From positions 1 through 54,854 of the IMG/VR virus record IMGVR_UViG_3300025247_000003: a stretch of DNA of 54,854 bases. One strand, written 5' to 3'. How positions within the stretch are numbered: the first letter of the stretch is position 1; each line of letters begins with the position of its first letter. Below the pieces are notes generated by a model. It did not search any database. It was not told the origin of the DNA and worked only from the letters and a program-made list of their open reading frames with translations. Positions 1 through 8,537 of this stretch are shown piece after piece. This DNA comes from a virus (lineage: Duplodnaviria > Caudoviricetes). The translations under genes were made by a program, and so were the position numbers.

Positions 1-99
1 CTTCCTGCAAGCTTGTCGTAGATCGCAAGCGCCTTGTCAACTGTCATGGGTTTCCCGTCAACGGTCTTGTAGCTGACGGATGCGCAACTGGCGGCGGAG
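1..99. repeat. 99-bp terminal direct repeat, identical to 54756-54854 (assembly overlap of a circular or permuted genome)
   Basis: cttcctgcaagc...ctggcggcggag is present at both ends; the thyX frame stays open across the junction. Confidence 0.95.
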
Positions 100-677
100 A
101 TTTGCTTAGCCAAAGCCCAAGGGTAAATATATTCATCATCGTCGTACGGCAAATGCCACATATCAGGCTCAAGCCATTCCGGCTCACTCATTGCCATCGA
201 AACCTTCATTTCTTGCGATAGATAAGCGATCTCGGGCTGCGCATCAGGATGGTCACGCAAGGCAAAGAAATGGTCATAAGCGTCTTTAGTTGCCGTAACA
301 AGCACATTGATGTGCGCGAATGGCTCTAGGATGCGGTTGACGATTTGTTTGTGGTATCCCATGCGGGCCATGCGTTTAGCGCGGTGGATTGCGTCGGCGC
401 TGGCAAGCAGCCATTCCGTTTCCCCACTCTCCAATTCCACCCCCGCCTGCATTCCCGGCTTGTTACTACCCCAATGGATAGGCATTGCAGGATCGTCAAT
501 CACGTCCTGGATAAGGCGTTCCACAGGTATAGCACGGCTTGATGATGCATTACGGCTAAAAGCGCGATGCGTCATAAATTCACTATGAATAAACCGTGGA
601 TACCGCAACTGCATTGTTGTAAGTCTTGGGCATCCATCGGAAATGCTGTCCGCGATTACGGTTGCTGTTATTGTCAT
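1..677 (-). CDS. thyX: Flavin-dependent thymidylate synthase, 5' part (continues 54755->54635; ~265 aa in total)
   Basis: Not in the ORF track. Manual translation from ATG 677: MTITATVIADSISDGCPRLTTMQLRYPRFIHSEFMTHRAFSRNASSSRAIPV (ThyX-type THRxFSRNxxSSR motif); GGAGG upstream; 677+121=798 nt, in frame. Confidence 0.92.
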   Translation of the reverse strand, partial: MTITATVIADSISDGCPRLTTMQLRYPRFIHSEFMTHRAFSRNASSSRAIPVERLIQDVIDDPAMPIHWGSNKPGMQAGVELESGETEWLLASADAIHRAKRMARMGYHKQIVNRILEPFAHINVLVTATKDAYDHFFALRDHPDAQPEIAYLSQEMKVSMAMSEPEWLEPDMWHLPYDDDEYIYPWALAKQISAASCASVSYKTVDGKPMTVDKALAIYDKLAG

Positions 678-799
678 TCCACCTCCATAGACGCATAATA
701 CACCTTACCCTTGTACGTGTTCGGGTCGATAAGTCTAAACCCGTATGCGTAACCAATAATAAAGGGTAAGGCGATGATTGATAGGATTGCGGTTGTCAT
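674..799 (-). CDS. Small membrane peptide (41 aa)
   Basis: MTTAILSIIALPFIIGYAYGF...; ATGA overlaps with both neighbours. Confidence 0.55.
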   Translation of the reverse strand: MTTAILSIIALPFIIGYAYGFRLIDPNTYKGKVYYASMEVE

Positions 800-1005
800 T
801 TTTTGCGGACCTCTAGCATGGCGTCGGCCATGCGGTAGCACTCATAAGCTATAGTATCAACTGCCTTTATCTTTAATGTCCTGCTGTCGCAAACATTATA
901 CATCGCCTGACCTGCAAACCAGTCGCGCAGGGTCATTCCTTCACTCACAAGCCCACCTTCGTCACTAACAATTGGAAACGCCGGTCCCCCATCACTCTGT
1001 GTCAA
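796..1005 (-). CDS. Conserved phage hypothetical protein (GGPAFP...GMTLRDWFAGQA type)
   Basis: Common phage motif; AGGAGG 9 nt before TTG at 1005. Confidence 0.7.
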   Translation of the reverse strand: MTQSDGGPAFPIVSDEGGLVSEGMTLRDWFAGQAMYNVCDSRTLKIKAVDTIAYECYRMADAMLEVRKK

Positions 1006-1159
1006 CTTCAACAACCTCCTGTTTCGTCGTCGTGCCGATGTGCTCAACGGTTACGATATGACGCAACCGCAACGCCTTAATCGCGCCGATACCTTTTTGG
1101 TATGCGGCCACGGCGTCTGTGATTGCTTGATTATAGGCTATGGCTTGGGCGTGGGTCAT
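992..1159 (-). CDS. Hypothetical protein (55 aa)
   Basis: Manual ORF MTHAQAIAYNQAITDAV...; overlaps the upstream stop. Confidence 0.5.
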   Translation of the reverse strand: MTHAQAIAYNQAITDAVAAYQKGIGAIKALRLRHIVTVEHIGTTTKQEVVEVDTE

Positions 1160-1341
1160 TTTAGACCCTCCGTAACACCGTCATCCCAGAGGCATTGCGG
1201 GTAACATTCCTTGCGCAATTTATATGGATTTACGTTTGCGCCCTTTCTTGCTGCAATGCCATCACCATTACAGAAATCGGTCTGTCTAAACCCATTCTTG
1301 CAATATTTCGTTTCTGTATCGTGTGCTTTACAAGATTCCAT
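1156..1341 (-). CDS. Hypothetical protein
   Basis: ORF track; GGAGG upstream. Confidence 0.55.
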   Translation of the reverse strand: MESCKAHDTETKYCKNGFRQTDFCNGDGIAARKGANVNPYKLRKECYPQCLWDDGVTEGLK

Positions 1342-1359
1342 ATCTCATTCCCTCCATGT

Positions 1360-1393
1360 AAAAAGCGCCCCGCACTCATAGCATGGGGCGCTT
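1360..1393 (-). terminator. Intrinsic terminator after nrdJ
   Basis: AAGCGCCCC...GGGGCGCTT stem followed by a T run on the minus strand. Confidence 0.7.
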
Positions 1394-1399
1394 AGTCTG

Positions 1400-3154
1400 T
1401 CAACCGCTACACGAACGCTCACCAGTCTCCGGATCATATGTGCACGCCGCAGGCTCATCGTCAACCGAAGTCAGCACCGATCCCGTCACATCGTTAGGCC
1501 GATACGTGGTGCAGCCCTTACAACCGCTATCGTAAGCCTGCATATACACGTCCTTGAACGCTTCAAACCCAATATCCTCGGGGCAGTTGATCGTCTTGCT
1601 GATCGCGTTGTCAACGTATTTCTGCGCCGCAGCTTGCATCTTGACATGCGCCATGGGGTCAATGTCCTGTGCCGTCACGCAGTCATAGCCAAGCGCAACA
1701 GCATAGTCCGTCACGGTCTCGATCCGATGCGATCCGTCATTCTCCAGAACCTTGCGCGTGTAGGACTTGGCAAACACCGGCTCAATGCCAGACGACACGT
1801 TGCCAGCGTAGAGACTAATCGTTCCGGTTGGGGCGATGGACGTGAGAAGCGCGTTGCGGATGCCGTGCTTGCTGATCTCATCGTAAAGTTCCGGCACCGT
1901 ATCGTTGTAATAAAGTCCAGCATCAAAAAGCGGGAATGCGCCCTTCTCTTTGGCTAGGTCAATTGATGCAAGAGATGCCTCATGAGCAATGATACCCATA
2001 AGACGCTCAGTCAATTCCGCCGCATCGTCGCTACCGTATTCAATGCCGCACATCGCCAGCATATCCGCAAGGCCAGTCACGCCAAGCCCAATGCGCCGTT
2101 TTGCCTTCGCCTCTTGCTTCTGTTGCGACAATGGATATTCGCTGGAGTCAATGGTGTTATCCATCATGCGGACGGCGATACGGACGATTCGCTTAATTTC
2201 GTCAACATCAACCGTGCCTTCATCATTGACAAACTTCACCAGATTAATCGACCCAAGCAGGCAAGCGCCATAGGGGGGCAATGCCTGTTCGCCGCAAGGA
2301 TTGGTTGCCGCAATCGTCTCGCAATAGTTAAGCGGATTACGTTCATTAACGCGGTCAATGAAGATAACCCCAGGCTCTGCATAATCATACGTAGATTGCA
2401 TGATGAGGTTCCATAGGTAGCGGGCTTCGACGGTGCGATAAACCTTGCCGCCGAAAACCAATTCCCATTCCGCATCCGACTTCACCGCTTCCATGAAAGC
2501 ATCCGTCACCAGCACAGACACGTTGAAATTGCGCAGTCGCCCCGGTTCGCGCTTGGCGGTAATGAAATCTTCAATGTCGGGATGATCGCAACGCATAGTC
2601 GCCATCATAGCGCCCCTACGGCTACCGGCTGACATGATCGTGCGGCACATCGCATCCCATGTGTCCATGAATGGCAGAGGCCCGCTAGCGTCCGCGTCAA
2701 CGCCTTTGACGTGCGCACCTTTAGGCCGCAGCGTCGAGAAGTCATAGCCGATGCCGCCACCTTGCTGCATGGTCATTGCGGCTTCTGTCAAGCTGTTGAA
2801 GATGCCTTGCAGGTCGTCGGGGATCGTGCCGTTAACAAAGCAGTTGAACAGCGTCACATTCCGCCCCGTTCCAGCGCCTGCCGTGATGCGACCAGCGGGG
2901 AGGAATTTGAAGTTTTCCAATGCCTCATAGAAAGCTGGATACCAGTCTTGCGGGCGCAACTCAACGTCAGCTAGAGCGTTGGCGATGCGGGACCATGTAT
3001 CTTCTACTGTCTCATCGTAAATCGTGCCATCATGCGCCTTATGGCGGTACTTCATATCCCAGATTTGTTCCGAGATATGTTGCTGGAACGGCGATACGTT
3101 ACTTCCCTGTGCTACCAAATCCGTTTTCCCCGCGTTCTGTTTGCTTGCGTTCAT
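1400..3154 (-). CDS. nrdJ: Class II (B12-dependent) ribonucleotide reductase
   Basis: FLPAGRI, TLFNCFV, RRGAMM, TNPCGEQ, SIAPTGTIS, KGCTTYR and C-terminal cysteines; no beta-subunit gene nearby. Confidence 0.93.
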   Translation of the reverse strand: MNASKQNAGKTDLVAQGSNVSPFQQHISEQIWDMKYRHKAHDGTIYDETVEDTWSRIANALADVELRPQDWYPAFYEALENFKFLPAGRITAGAGTGRNVTLFNCFVNGTIPDDLQGIFNSLTEAAMTMQQGGGIGYDFSTLRPKGAHVKGVDADASGPLPFMDTWDAMCRTIMSAGSRRGAMMATMRCDHPDIEDFITAKREPGRLRNFNVSVLVTDAFMEAVKSDAEWELVFGGKVYRTVEARYLWNLIMQSTYDYAEPGVIFIDRVNERNPLNYCETIAATNPCGEQALPPYGACLLGSINLVKFVNDEGTVDVDEIKRIVRIAVRMMDNTIDSSEYPLSQQKQEAKAKRRIGLGVTGLADMLAMCGIEYGSDDAAELTERLMGIIAHEASLASIDLAKEKGAFPLFDAGLYYNDTVPELYDEISKHGIRNALLTSIAPTGTISLYAGNVSSGIEPVFAKSYTRKVLENDGSHRIETVTDYAVALGYDCVTAQDIDPMAHVKMQAAAQKYVDNAISKTINCPEDIGFEAFKDVYMQAYDSGCKGCTTYRPNDVTGSVLTSVDDEPAACTYDPETGERSCSG

Positions 3155-3527
3155 GTGTCTCTACAAATTCCGTTTTCGTTTCCCTTACCAAACGCGCTTG
3201 CGCAACACGATCACCAACCCACGGCCACTCTGGATTGCCATCACCAATATAGGCAATCTTAACCATTAACTCCCCGGTGAAATCGCTATCAACGATCCCC
3301 ACGGCATTGGCTAGGATGAAATCATATTTGAACGCAAGGCCGCTGCGGATGTACACCTCTAGGTGATACCCCTCCGGGATATTGAAGGCTAGGCCAGTCC
3401 CGTAAATGCGAGCGTTTGAACATGCAACCTTAACAGACGTGGCAGTGAGGTCAAAGCAAGCGGCTTGTGCGGTTGCGAAGATTGGCTCTGTGGCGGATGG
3501 GTCTAGTAGGGTGTATTTTAGTATCAC
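3099..3527 (-). CDS. dut: Trimeric dUTPase
   Basis: ACFDL, RSGLA, GIVDSDFTGE, RVAQ, RGENGFGSTG motifs. Confidence 0.95.
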   Translation of the reverse strand: MILKYTLLDPSATEPIFATAQAACFDLTATSVKVACSNARIYGTGLAFNIPEGYHLEVYIRSGLAFKYDFILANAVGIVDSDFTGELMVKIAYIGDGNPEWPWVGDRVAQARLVRETKTEFVETHERKQTERGENGFGSTGK

Positions 3528-3769
3528 CGCACTACCCCCCTATACGAAAACACCTCACCACCAAGCCGAACCTGCACAAGATTAATCAAGTCTCGCTCAT
3601 ACAAATCGTATACCGCTTGGAATACACTTTTTCGATGTCCGGTCGGATCTAGGTCAGTCTCCCCTTGCCAGTATTCCAGAACACCCCCTTTCTTCGTTGG
3701 CGTCTTGTCGTCCAGAACCGCCATACGCATCATGCGTGCGGGATCCTTGTGCTTAGTGTAGCTGATCAT
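3524..3769 (-). CDS. Hypothetical protein
   Basis: ORF, coupled to neighbours. Confidence 0.6.
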   Translation of the reverse strand: MISYTKHKDPARMMRMAVLDDKTPTKKGGVLEYWQGETDLDPTGHRKSVFQAVYDLYERDLINLVQVRLGGEVFSYRGVVR

Positions 3770-3950
3770 CTTCTTCCCCTTCTTCATCATCCTCAAAGTA
3801 AAACACGTCCAGCATATTCAAGAACATATTTACCCCGTGCGCCCCGTGGAAATACATCTCCGACCCGCCTTCCATCGTGATCGTGCACTTGAAGTCTTTC
3901 TTATCGCACGACATGGTGGCGGTTACTGATTTGGCGTTGGATTTAGTCAT
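3753..3950 (-). CDS. Hypothetical protein with acidic C-terminus
   Basis: ORF track; GAGG upstream. Confidence 0.6.
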   Translation of the reverse strand: MTKSNAKSVTATMSCDKKDFKCTITMEGGSEMYFHGAHGVNMFLNMLDVFYFEDDEEGEEDDQLH

Positions 3951-3956
3951 TGTCGA

Positions 3957-4238
3957 TTACCTCGCGGAAAAGGGTATAGTAACTGTTAGCATGACAAGGA
4001 TTTTCGGTGTATTTTTTTCAATTTCGTCATACCATACTTCACGCGGCCCATTGTGTTCTTTCACAACGCGGAAGTCGACGATATTACCGTCAGAAATATT
4101 ATGGTCCCAAAATGCACTTTGTGCTTTACCTTCTGCTTGCCAACCTGCCGCAGCTTTTATCTCCACCACACTCTCAGGATGCACCGGGCACTCACCGCCA
4201 TTCCAACCGTGCCACTTTCCGTCATTGTAGTCAGTCAT
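3957..4238 (-). CDS. Hypothetical protein (WHGWNGGECPV type); 3' end possibly frameshifted at an A7 run
   Basis: GGAGG-led ATG at 4238; see finding. Confidence 0.65.
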   Translation of the reverse strand: MTDYNDGKWHGWNGGECPVHPESVVEIKAAAGWQAEGKAQSAFWDHNISDGNIVDFRVVKEHNGPREVWYDEIEKNTPKILVMLTVTIPFSAR

Positions 4239-4479
4239 TTTCCCAATCCTCCACTTGATTAAACACCAATTGCAGAAACGCTTCGGCACCTTGATCGCCA
4301 AACGTCATGCGCAACTCCTTTTCAGTCCAGTCGTTGCCGAAAATTTCCAGCGTTTCAATCTCCATTGTTTCCGGGATGATCTCATCCCATACAGGCGAAC
4401 GCGGAACTCCGTAATCAACACGCTCAGTTCGAAACGTAACGATTGCCTCAATTTCACCGGATACTTTTGCTGTTGGCAT
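4231..4479 (-). CDS. Hypothetical protein
   Basis: GGAGG SD; TTGACA-18-TAGTAT promoter at about 4504-4533. Confidence 0.7.
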   Translation of the reverse strand: MPTAKVSGEIEAIVTFRTERVDYGVPRSPVWDEIIPETMEIETLEIFGNDWTEKELRMTFGDQGAEAFLQLVFNQVEDWEND

Positions 4480-4502
4480 GGTGGCCTCCTATTGTCTGTA
4501 AC

Positions 4503-5033
4503 CTATACTAGACCGAGATATTTAGCGCTGTCAAGAAAAAACGCCTTAGCATCATGCGGAGCATATCCGACGATCTTTGTTCCTGATGGCGCAAACGGTA
4601 GATACCATTCGTCAGGATGCGGTCCCATGATTTGCTCGGCTTCGTCCGCTAGAATAGCATTATCCGCTGACTTGACCTCGTAAGGCTCATCTACTGGTAA
4701 ACCAAACCGCTCACAAACCGCCGCCATGATTCGGCTTTCAGCTTCCTTGTATCCAGCGATATAAGGCTTTGCGGGCTTAACAATGTCAGCAATGTAAGCC
4801 TCGCTGGCGTCGTGTAGCAGTCCCCATGCGGCGTGTTCAGACGGGCATATCTGGCTGACATATACGCTATGCTCGGAAACGCTATAGAAGCCCTTGCAGT
4901 GACCATTGAACCTACACATCATGGACAAGGCATGTGCAATGTCGTAGATGTCGATATCTTCTGGGCGGGGATCAATAGGCCAAAACTTGCGGCCTGTGAT
5001 CGTTTGCATCCAGTCGCCGTTACGCTGGGTCAT
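4503..5033 (-). CDS. HD-domain 5'-deoxynucleotidase (YfbR-like)
   Basis: DIAHALSxxCRFNGH, YSVSEHS, LLHDASEAY, D...LADE motifs. Confidence 0.85.
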   Translation of the reverse strand: MTQRNGDWMQTITGRKFWPIDPRPEDIDIYDIAHALSMMCRFNGHCKGFYSVSEHSVYVSQICPSEHAAWGLLHDASEAYIADIVKPAKPYIAGYKEAESRIMAAVCERFGLPVDEPYEVKSADNAILADEAEQIMGPHPDEWYLPFAPSGTKIVGYAPHDAKAFFLDSAKYLGLV

Positions 5034-5752
5034 ATCTCAAATAAACTCCTAGGTTGATCCGACAATCCGCCGGGGTAAATGAATAGCTTTTCCGTTGCCT
5101 TGTCGTATTTGTCATATTTTTTAGTGACGTATTTACTCACCGTCTTTTCCCAAATGCACCGCCATTCGTCCGGAGCGGTGTATTCACTAACAAACACGCG
5201 GCACCTGCTGGATAGAACAAAAGCCCATTGCCAGAATTTCTCGTGGCAAAACTCACCTCCGTAACCTGTTGTCGATGCGTACGGCGGGTCACAATATACC
5301 GTGCTTCCGTCCGGTATTTCTAGGTCAAGGTATGACATGCGGGTGAATTTTGTTCCGATTAGGCCGGGGCGCTGTTTAACCAAGTTTTTCGAGCTTCCTG
5401 CAGCATAGTTTTCTTTATGCGCATAACCACCCCAAGGCTTAGAACCGAATGAGCACGTAAAACACGCAAACCCAACAATACACGCATCATATTTATCCGG
5501 TGAACCCTTGATGTCATAGTACTCATCCTGCGTCAGCTTCTCCGGCGGCTCCCACCCATTCGCAACCGCCTCAAGCAACGCAACCGCATATTCAGCCGTA
5601 TCATTTCCCCACTTATGTTTAGCTGGCACGTTGGACAGCATGTTACCGCCACCCATGAACGGCTCGATGTACCAGTTAGATTGGTCATGCCCGTTCATAA
5701 GTATCGGTACGATATGCTTGGTGTATCGTGCTTTTGATCCCATGTAGCGCAT
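5030..5752 (-). CDS. DNA adenine methyltransferase (Dam/D12-like)
   Basis: YMGSK, EPFMGGG, YCDPPY, VSEY motifs. Confidence 0.88.
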   Translation of the reverse strand: MRYMGSKARYTKHIVPILMNGHDQSNWYIEPFMGGGNMLSNVPAKHKWGNDTAEYAVALLEAVANGWEPPEKLTQDEYYDIKGSPDKYDACIVGFACFTCSFGSKPWGGYAHKENYAAGSSKNLVKQRPGLIGTKFTRMSYLDLEIPDGSTVYCDPPYASTTGYGGEFCHEKFWQWAFVLSSRCRVFVSEYTAPDEWRCIWEKTVSKYVTKKYDKYDKATEKLFIYPGGLSDQPRSLFEI

Positions 5753-6525
5753 TAGAACAATTCCTCTTGCTTGGCGGTATTCTTAGGTGGCTCAACGAAA
5801 AACGAAGGCTGCTTATATGCGTCATCTATGCGATTACATGCTATGTCAAAGTAATCCGCGTCAAGTTCAATACCAATAAACTTACGGCCAAGTTTTGCAC
5901 ATGCTGCGCCGGTTGTTCCGCTTACCATGAATGGGTCCGCAACCGTGTCATCTTGATTTGAAAACAGAGATACCAACTCTATAATTAACGGTTCTGGTTT
6001 TTGAGTAGGGTGGACGCCACCACCTGGTGTGTTTTTGTTGTAAATGAAGTTACCCGGCCTTCCACCGCCGTTCCACTTGCTTTTCCCCTTACCGCACCAC
6101 GCAGAGACCATCATTTCATGTCCTACGCTTGGACCTTGGCCGTTGAATTGCGGCATGGCGTCAGGCTTAATCCAGACCATAGCTCTTTTGTACTTTGCGC
6201 CGCAATTCTCTATTTCGTCCCTCCACGCCCTAACGCCTTCCGCCATGCAGAATATTATTGCCCATCCGTCGCTGACACGGCAAATTTCTTTGGCAACTTC
6301 ACCGCGAACCTCGTCAATCGCCCCAAATCCTAATTCTTCGTGTCGAACGTGAGAAGATGGTGATTGTTTAGACAAAACACCCCATTTATTTTGCATGACG
6401 GCTTCATACGGCGGATCAGTAACCACAGCGTCCACCGGACCCAGAGTCGGAATTACCTCAAGGCAATCACCTTGATACAACGTACAGTCACCAATGACTA
6501 CTTTGCGTTTCCACGGATTACTCAA
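5752..6525 (-). CDS. N6A/N4C DNA methyltransferase (beta class) with altered motif I (DPFMVSG)
   Basis: GDCLE, TDPPY, HPTQKP, DPFMVSGTTG, FIGIELD motifs. Confidence 0.88.
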   Translation of the reverse strand: MSNPWKRKVVIGDCTLYQGDCLEVIPTLGPVDAVVTDPPYEAVMQNKWGVLSKQSPSSHVRHEELGFGAIDEVRGEVAKEICRVSDGWAIIFCMAEGVRAWRDEIENCGAKYKRAMVWIKPDAMPQFNGQGPSVGHEMMVSAWCGKGKSKWNGGGRPGNFIYNKNTPGGGVHPTQKPEPLIIELVSLFSNQDDTVADPFMVSGTTGAACAKLGRKFIGIELDADYFDIACNRIDDAYKQPSFFVEPPKNTAKQEELF

Positions 6526-6659
6526 AACGGCGGTTCCTCTCCAACGTATGACGGACGCCACGCCTTGTAAGGCTCTGGCTTTGGGTTGCTGGTCAAAGGC
6601 GGTATGACGCCTAACGCGCGTAGTTCCACCTCTATGTGCGTGGGTAGTTTATTCTCCAC
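6522..6659 (-). CDS. Small hypothetical protein
   Basis: GTG start overlapping the upstream gene; ends YVGEEPPF. Confidence 0.45.
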   Translation of the reverse strand: MENKLPTHIEVELRALGVIPPLTSNPKPEPYKAWRPSYVGEEPPF

Positions 6660-6927
6660 GTGCTTTTGCGAGTGCGGCGCGGGCGTTGTTGCGCCAGTCG
6701 GTGTTGCTATCCCACTCTTCCAAAGCGCGCTCCAAAGCCTCATACAGATCAGGGGCGGCGGAGATTATGTGGGCGTTTGCTTCATTATCGGTAAGTGTTT
6801 CTGCGATAATTTCATAATCAAATTCTCCCGATACAGTCTTCACGTAAATTGTCTGGTCAAAGCAACAATGACATGACTTACTCCCATCTTCAACAACCCA
6901 AGGCCCCGGCGTCCATTTCCTATTCAT
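6649..6927 (-). CDS. Phage hypothetical protein (TPGPW...AAPDLYEAL type)
   Basis: Recognisable phage motif; paralog at 39105-39326. Confidence 0.75.
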   Translation of the reverse strand: MNRKWTPGPWVVEDGSKSCHCCFDQTIYVKTVSGEFDYEIIAETLTDNEANAHIISAAPDLYEALERALEEWDSNTDWRNNARAALAKARGE

Positions 6928-6976
6928 TTTCTAACCTCCTATGGTTATATGGCGCGGATAAACCGCGCCCATAAAT

Positions 6977-7630
6977 TTACTTCCGCGTGAGAACGTACTC
7001 AACTCCATCAATCTCAACAGTCTTACCTTCACATCCGCCGTCTTTTGGTCGAATGTCAAGACCAGTAATTTCTTCAAACACATCGTAGTCGAAGTTTGGC
7101 AGAACGCGAACCATCTGGATTTCTTCTTCTGTTGCGTCCTCATATGCCTTACGCCACTCTTCGTGCCAATCGTTTACCTTGAGATACCCACCGCATGTAT
7201 GAAATGTCGGGTTGTCTATCTTTTCTTGATTGGTCATGTCGCGTTCGGAAACCCAAGTGGTGGTCGATGGACGATAAATCCAATTTGGTTTTTCGGCCTT
7301 ATCCCACACTTCTCTTTCCGTTGGAGAGTTGAAGCAATTTACCGTTGTTGGCGTTTTGGTATTGAAGTATCCCGTGTTCCAGTTGCCCGTGTTCCAGTTG
7401 CCAGTGTTACAGTCGCCCGTGTTCCGGTATCCCGTGTTCCAGTTGCCCGTGTTCCAGTCGCCAGTGTTCCGGTTGCCCGTGTTCCGGTATCCCGTGTTCC
7501 AGTTGCCCGTGTTCCAGTTGCCAGTGTTCCAGTTGCCCGTGTTACAGTCGCCCGTGTTACAGTCGCCCGTGTTCCGGTTGCCCGTGTTCCAGTCGCCCGT
7601 GTTCCGGTTGCCCGTGTTCGTGTTAGTCAT
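6977..7630 (-). CDS. NTGxx pentapeptide-repeat protein
   Basis: 17 NTG(N/D/Y)(R/W/C/F) units, then a globular domain (TCGGYLK, LPNFD..VFEEITG). Confidence 0.85.
   Translation of the reverse strand: MTNTNTGNRNTGDWNTGNRNTGDCNTGDCNTGNWNTGNWNTGNWNTGYRNTGNRNTGDWNTGNWNTGYRNTGDCNTGNWNTGNWNTGYFNTKTPTTVNCFNSPTEREVWDKAEKPNWIYRPSTTTWVSERDMTNQEKIDNPTFHTCGGYLKVNDWHEEWRKAYEDATEEEIQMVRVLPNFDYDVFEEITGLDIRPKDGGCEGKTVEIDGVEYVLTRK
7364..7618 (-). repeat. Coding tandem repeat, 17 x 15 bp
   Basis: AACAC(G/T)GG(C/A)-type units counted from the translation. Confidence 0.9.
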
Positions 7631-7689
7631 AATCATCTCCATTGGTTATCTAGTCACGTCTTGGCATGGTCGCAGCGCCCCGTCAAGAT

Positions 7690-7709
7690 AAAACCCGCCG
7701 GAGCGGGTC
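7690..7709 (-). terminator. Terminator after ssb, followed directly by a TTGACG promoter element
   Basis: GACCCGCTCCGGCGGGTTTT on the minus strand. Confidence 0.65.
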
Positions 7710-7713
7710 TATC

Positions 7714-8148
7714 TCAAAACGGGATTTCATCGTCCATAGCGTAACCGCCAGCACTAGACCCACTACCAACCGTAGTCCCGCCAGACTGATAACCTCCACC
7801 GCTAGACGATCCGGCGCTGTCTAGCATGACCATTTGACCGCAGAATCCTTGAACGACGACTTCCGTTGTGTATCGGTCGTTACCGTCTTTGTCCTGCCAT
7901 TTGCGGGTTTGAAACTTGCCGCTTACAAAAACCTTGCTTCCCTTGCGAAGATACTGTTCCGCAACGCCAGCAACAGGCCCCCAAATAGTTACTGGAACCC
8001 ATTCGGTTTTTTCACGCTTCTCGCCAGTGTTGCGGTCTTTCCATTTTTCGTTAACGGCAAGTCGGAGATTGGCGACTTTGCTATCGCCTACTGTTCTGAC
8101 TTCCGGGTCTGCGCCTAGATTGCCGATGATGTCTACTCTATTCAGCAT
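7714..8148 (-). CDS. ssb: Single-stranded DNA-binding protein
   Basis: NRVDIIGNLGADPEVR, KGSKVFVSGK, TRKW.DKDG.DRYTTEV, C-terminal DDEIPF. Confidence 0.96.
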   Translation of the reverse strand: MLNRVDIIGNLGADPEVRTVGDSKVANLRLAVNEKWKDRNTGEKREKTEWVPVTIWGPVAGVAEQYLRKGSKVFVSGKFQTRKWQDKDGNDRYTTEVVVQGFCGQMVMLDSAGSSSGGGYQSGGTTVGSGSSAGGYAMDDEIPF

Positions 8149-8296
8149 ATCCCACCACGTCCATCAACTCCTCAATAAATTCATACGCGTTCTCGATAAC
8201 CTTATCCCTCTGGTAAATTGTTTCTGGACAATGAATATCGTTTTGGTCGCGGAATTTCTCCACGATATTTTTTAGGCGGGTTTCTGTATCTTCCAT
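8138..8296 (-). CDS. Hypothetical protein (52 aa)
   Basis: Manual ORF MEDTETRLKNIVEKF... filling the gap between genes. Confidence 0.55.
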   Translation of the reverse strand: MEDTETRLKNIVEKFRDQNDIHCPETIYQRDKVIENAYEFIEELMDVVGYAE

Positions 8297-8303
8297 TAAG
8301 CCC

Positions 8304-8537
8304 CTACGCCGTCACATGCTTGACAGCCCACATGACCGCCTCTTCAATTTTTGTCTTTGCGATTGACATTTCGCGGCTTGATCCCGTTTCATCGAAATAT
8401 TCAAGAAATTCCGCACCCATGTCTTTGATCTTAGCCATAGTCGCTTTTTCATCGTCTCTCAGAACGCGATACTTGTGTCGAACAGTATTGTTAACCGTTC
8501 TCGCATCGCTTGTGCTGTCTACTGCATCCATATTCAA
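8304..8537 (-). CDS. Acb2/Tad1-like helical hairpin protein (putative cyclic-nucleotide sponge)
   Basis: YRVLRDDEKATMAKIKDMG resembles the Acb2 N-terminus; SREMSIAKTKIEEAVMW resembles the Tad1 C-terminal helix (compared from memory). Confidence 0.7.
   Translation of the reverse strand: MNMDAVDSTSDARTVNNTVRHKYRVLRDDEKATMAKIKDMGAEFLEYFDETGSSREMSIAKTKIEEAVMWAVKHVTA

Noticed and set aside
1-99. Biological terminal repeat
   Set aside because: Exactly 99 bp and in the middle of thyX; typical assembler k-mer overlap
4503-5033. DatZ of a Z-genome pathway
   Set aside because: No purZ or phage polymerase is present; a generic YfbR-like nucleotidase is the simpler call
7364-7618. Possible CRISPR array
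   Set aside because: 15-bp units with no spacers, in frame within a protein; the plus-strand VPVAR/PVFQL ORFs are antisense shadows
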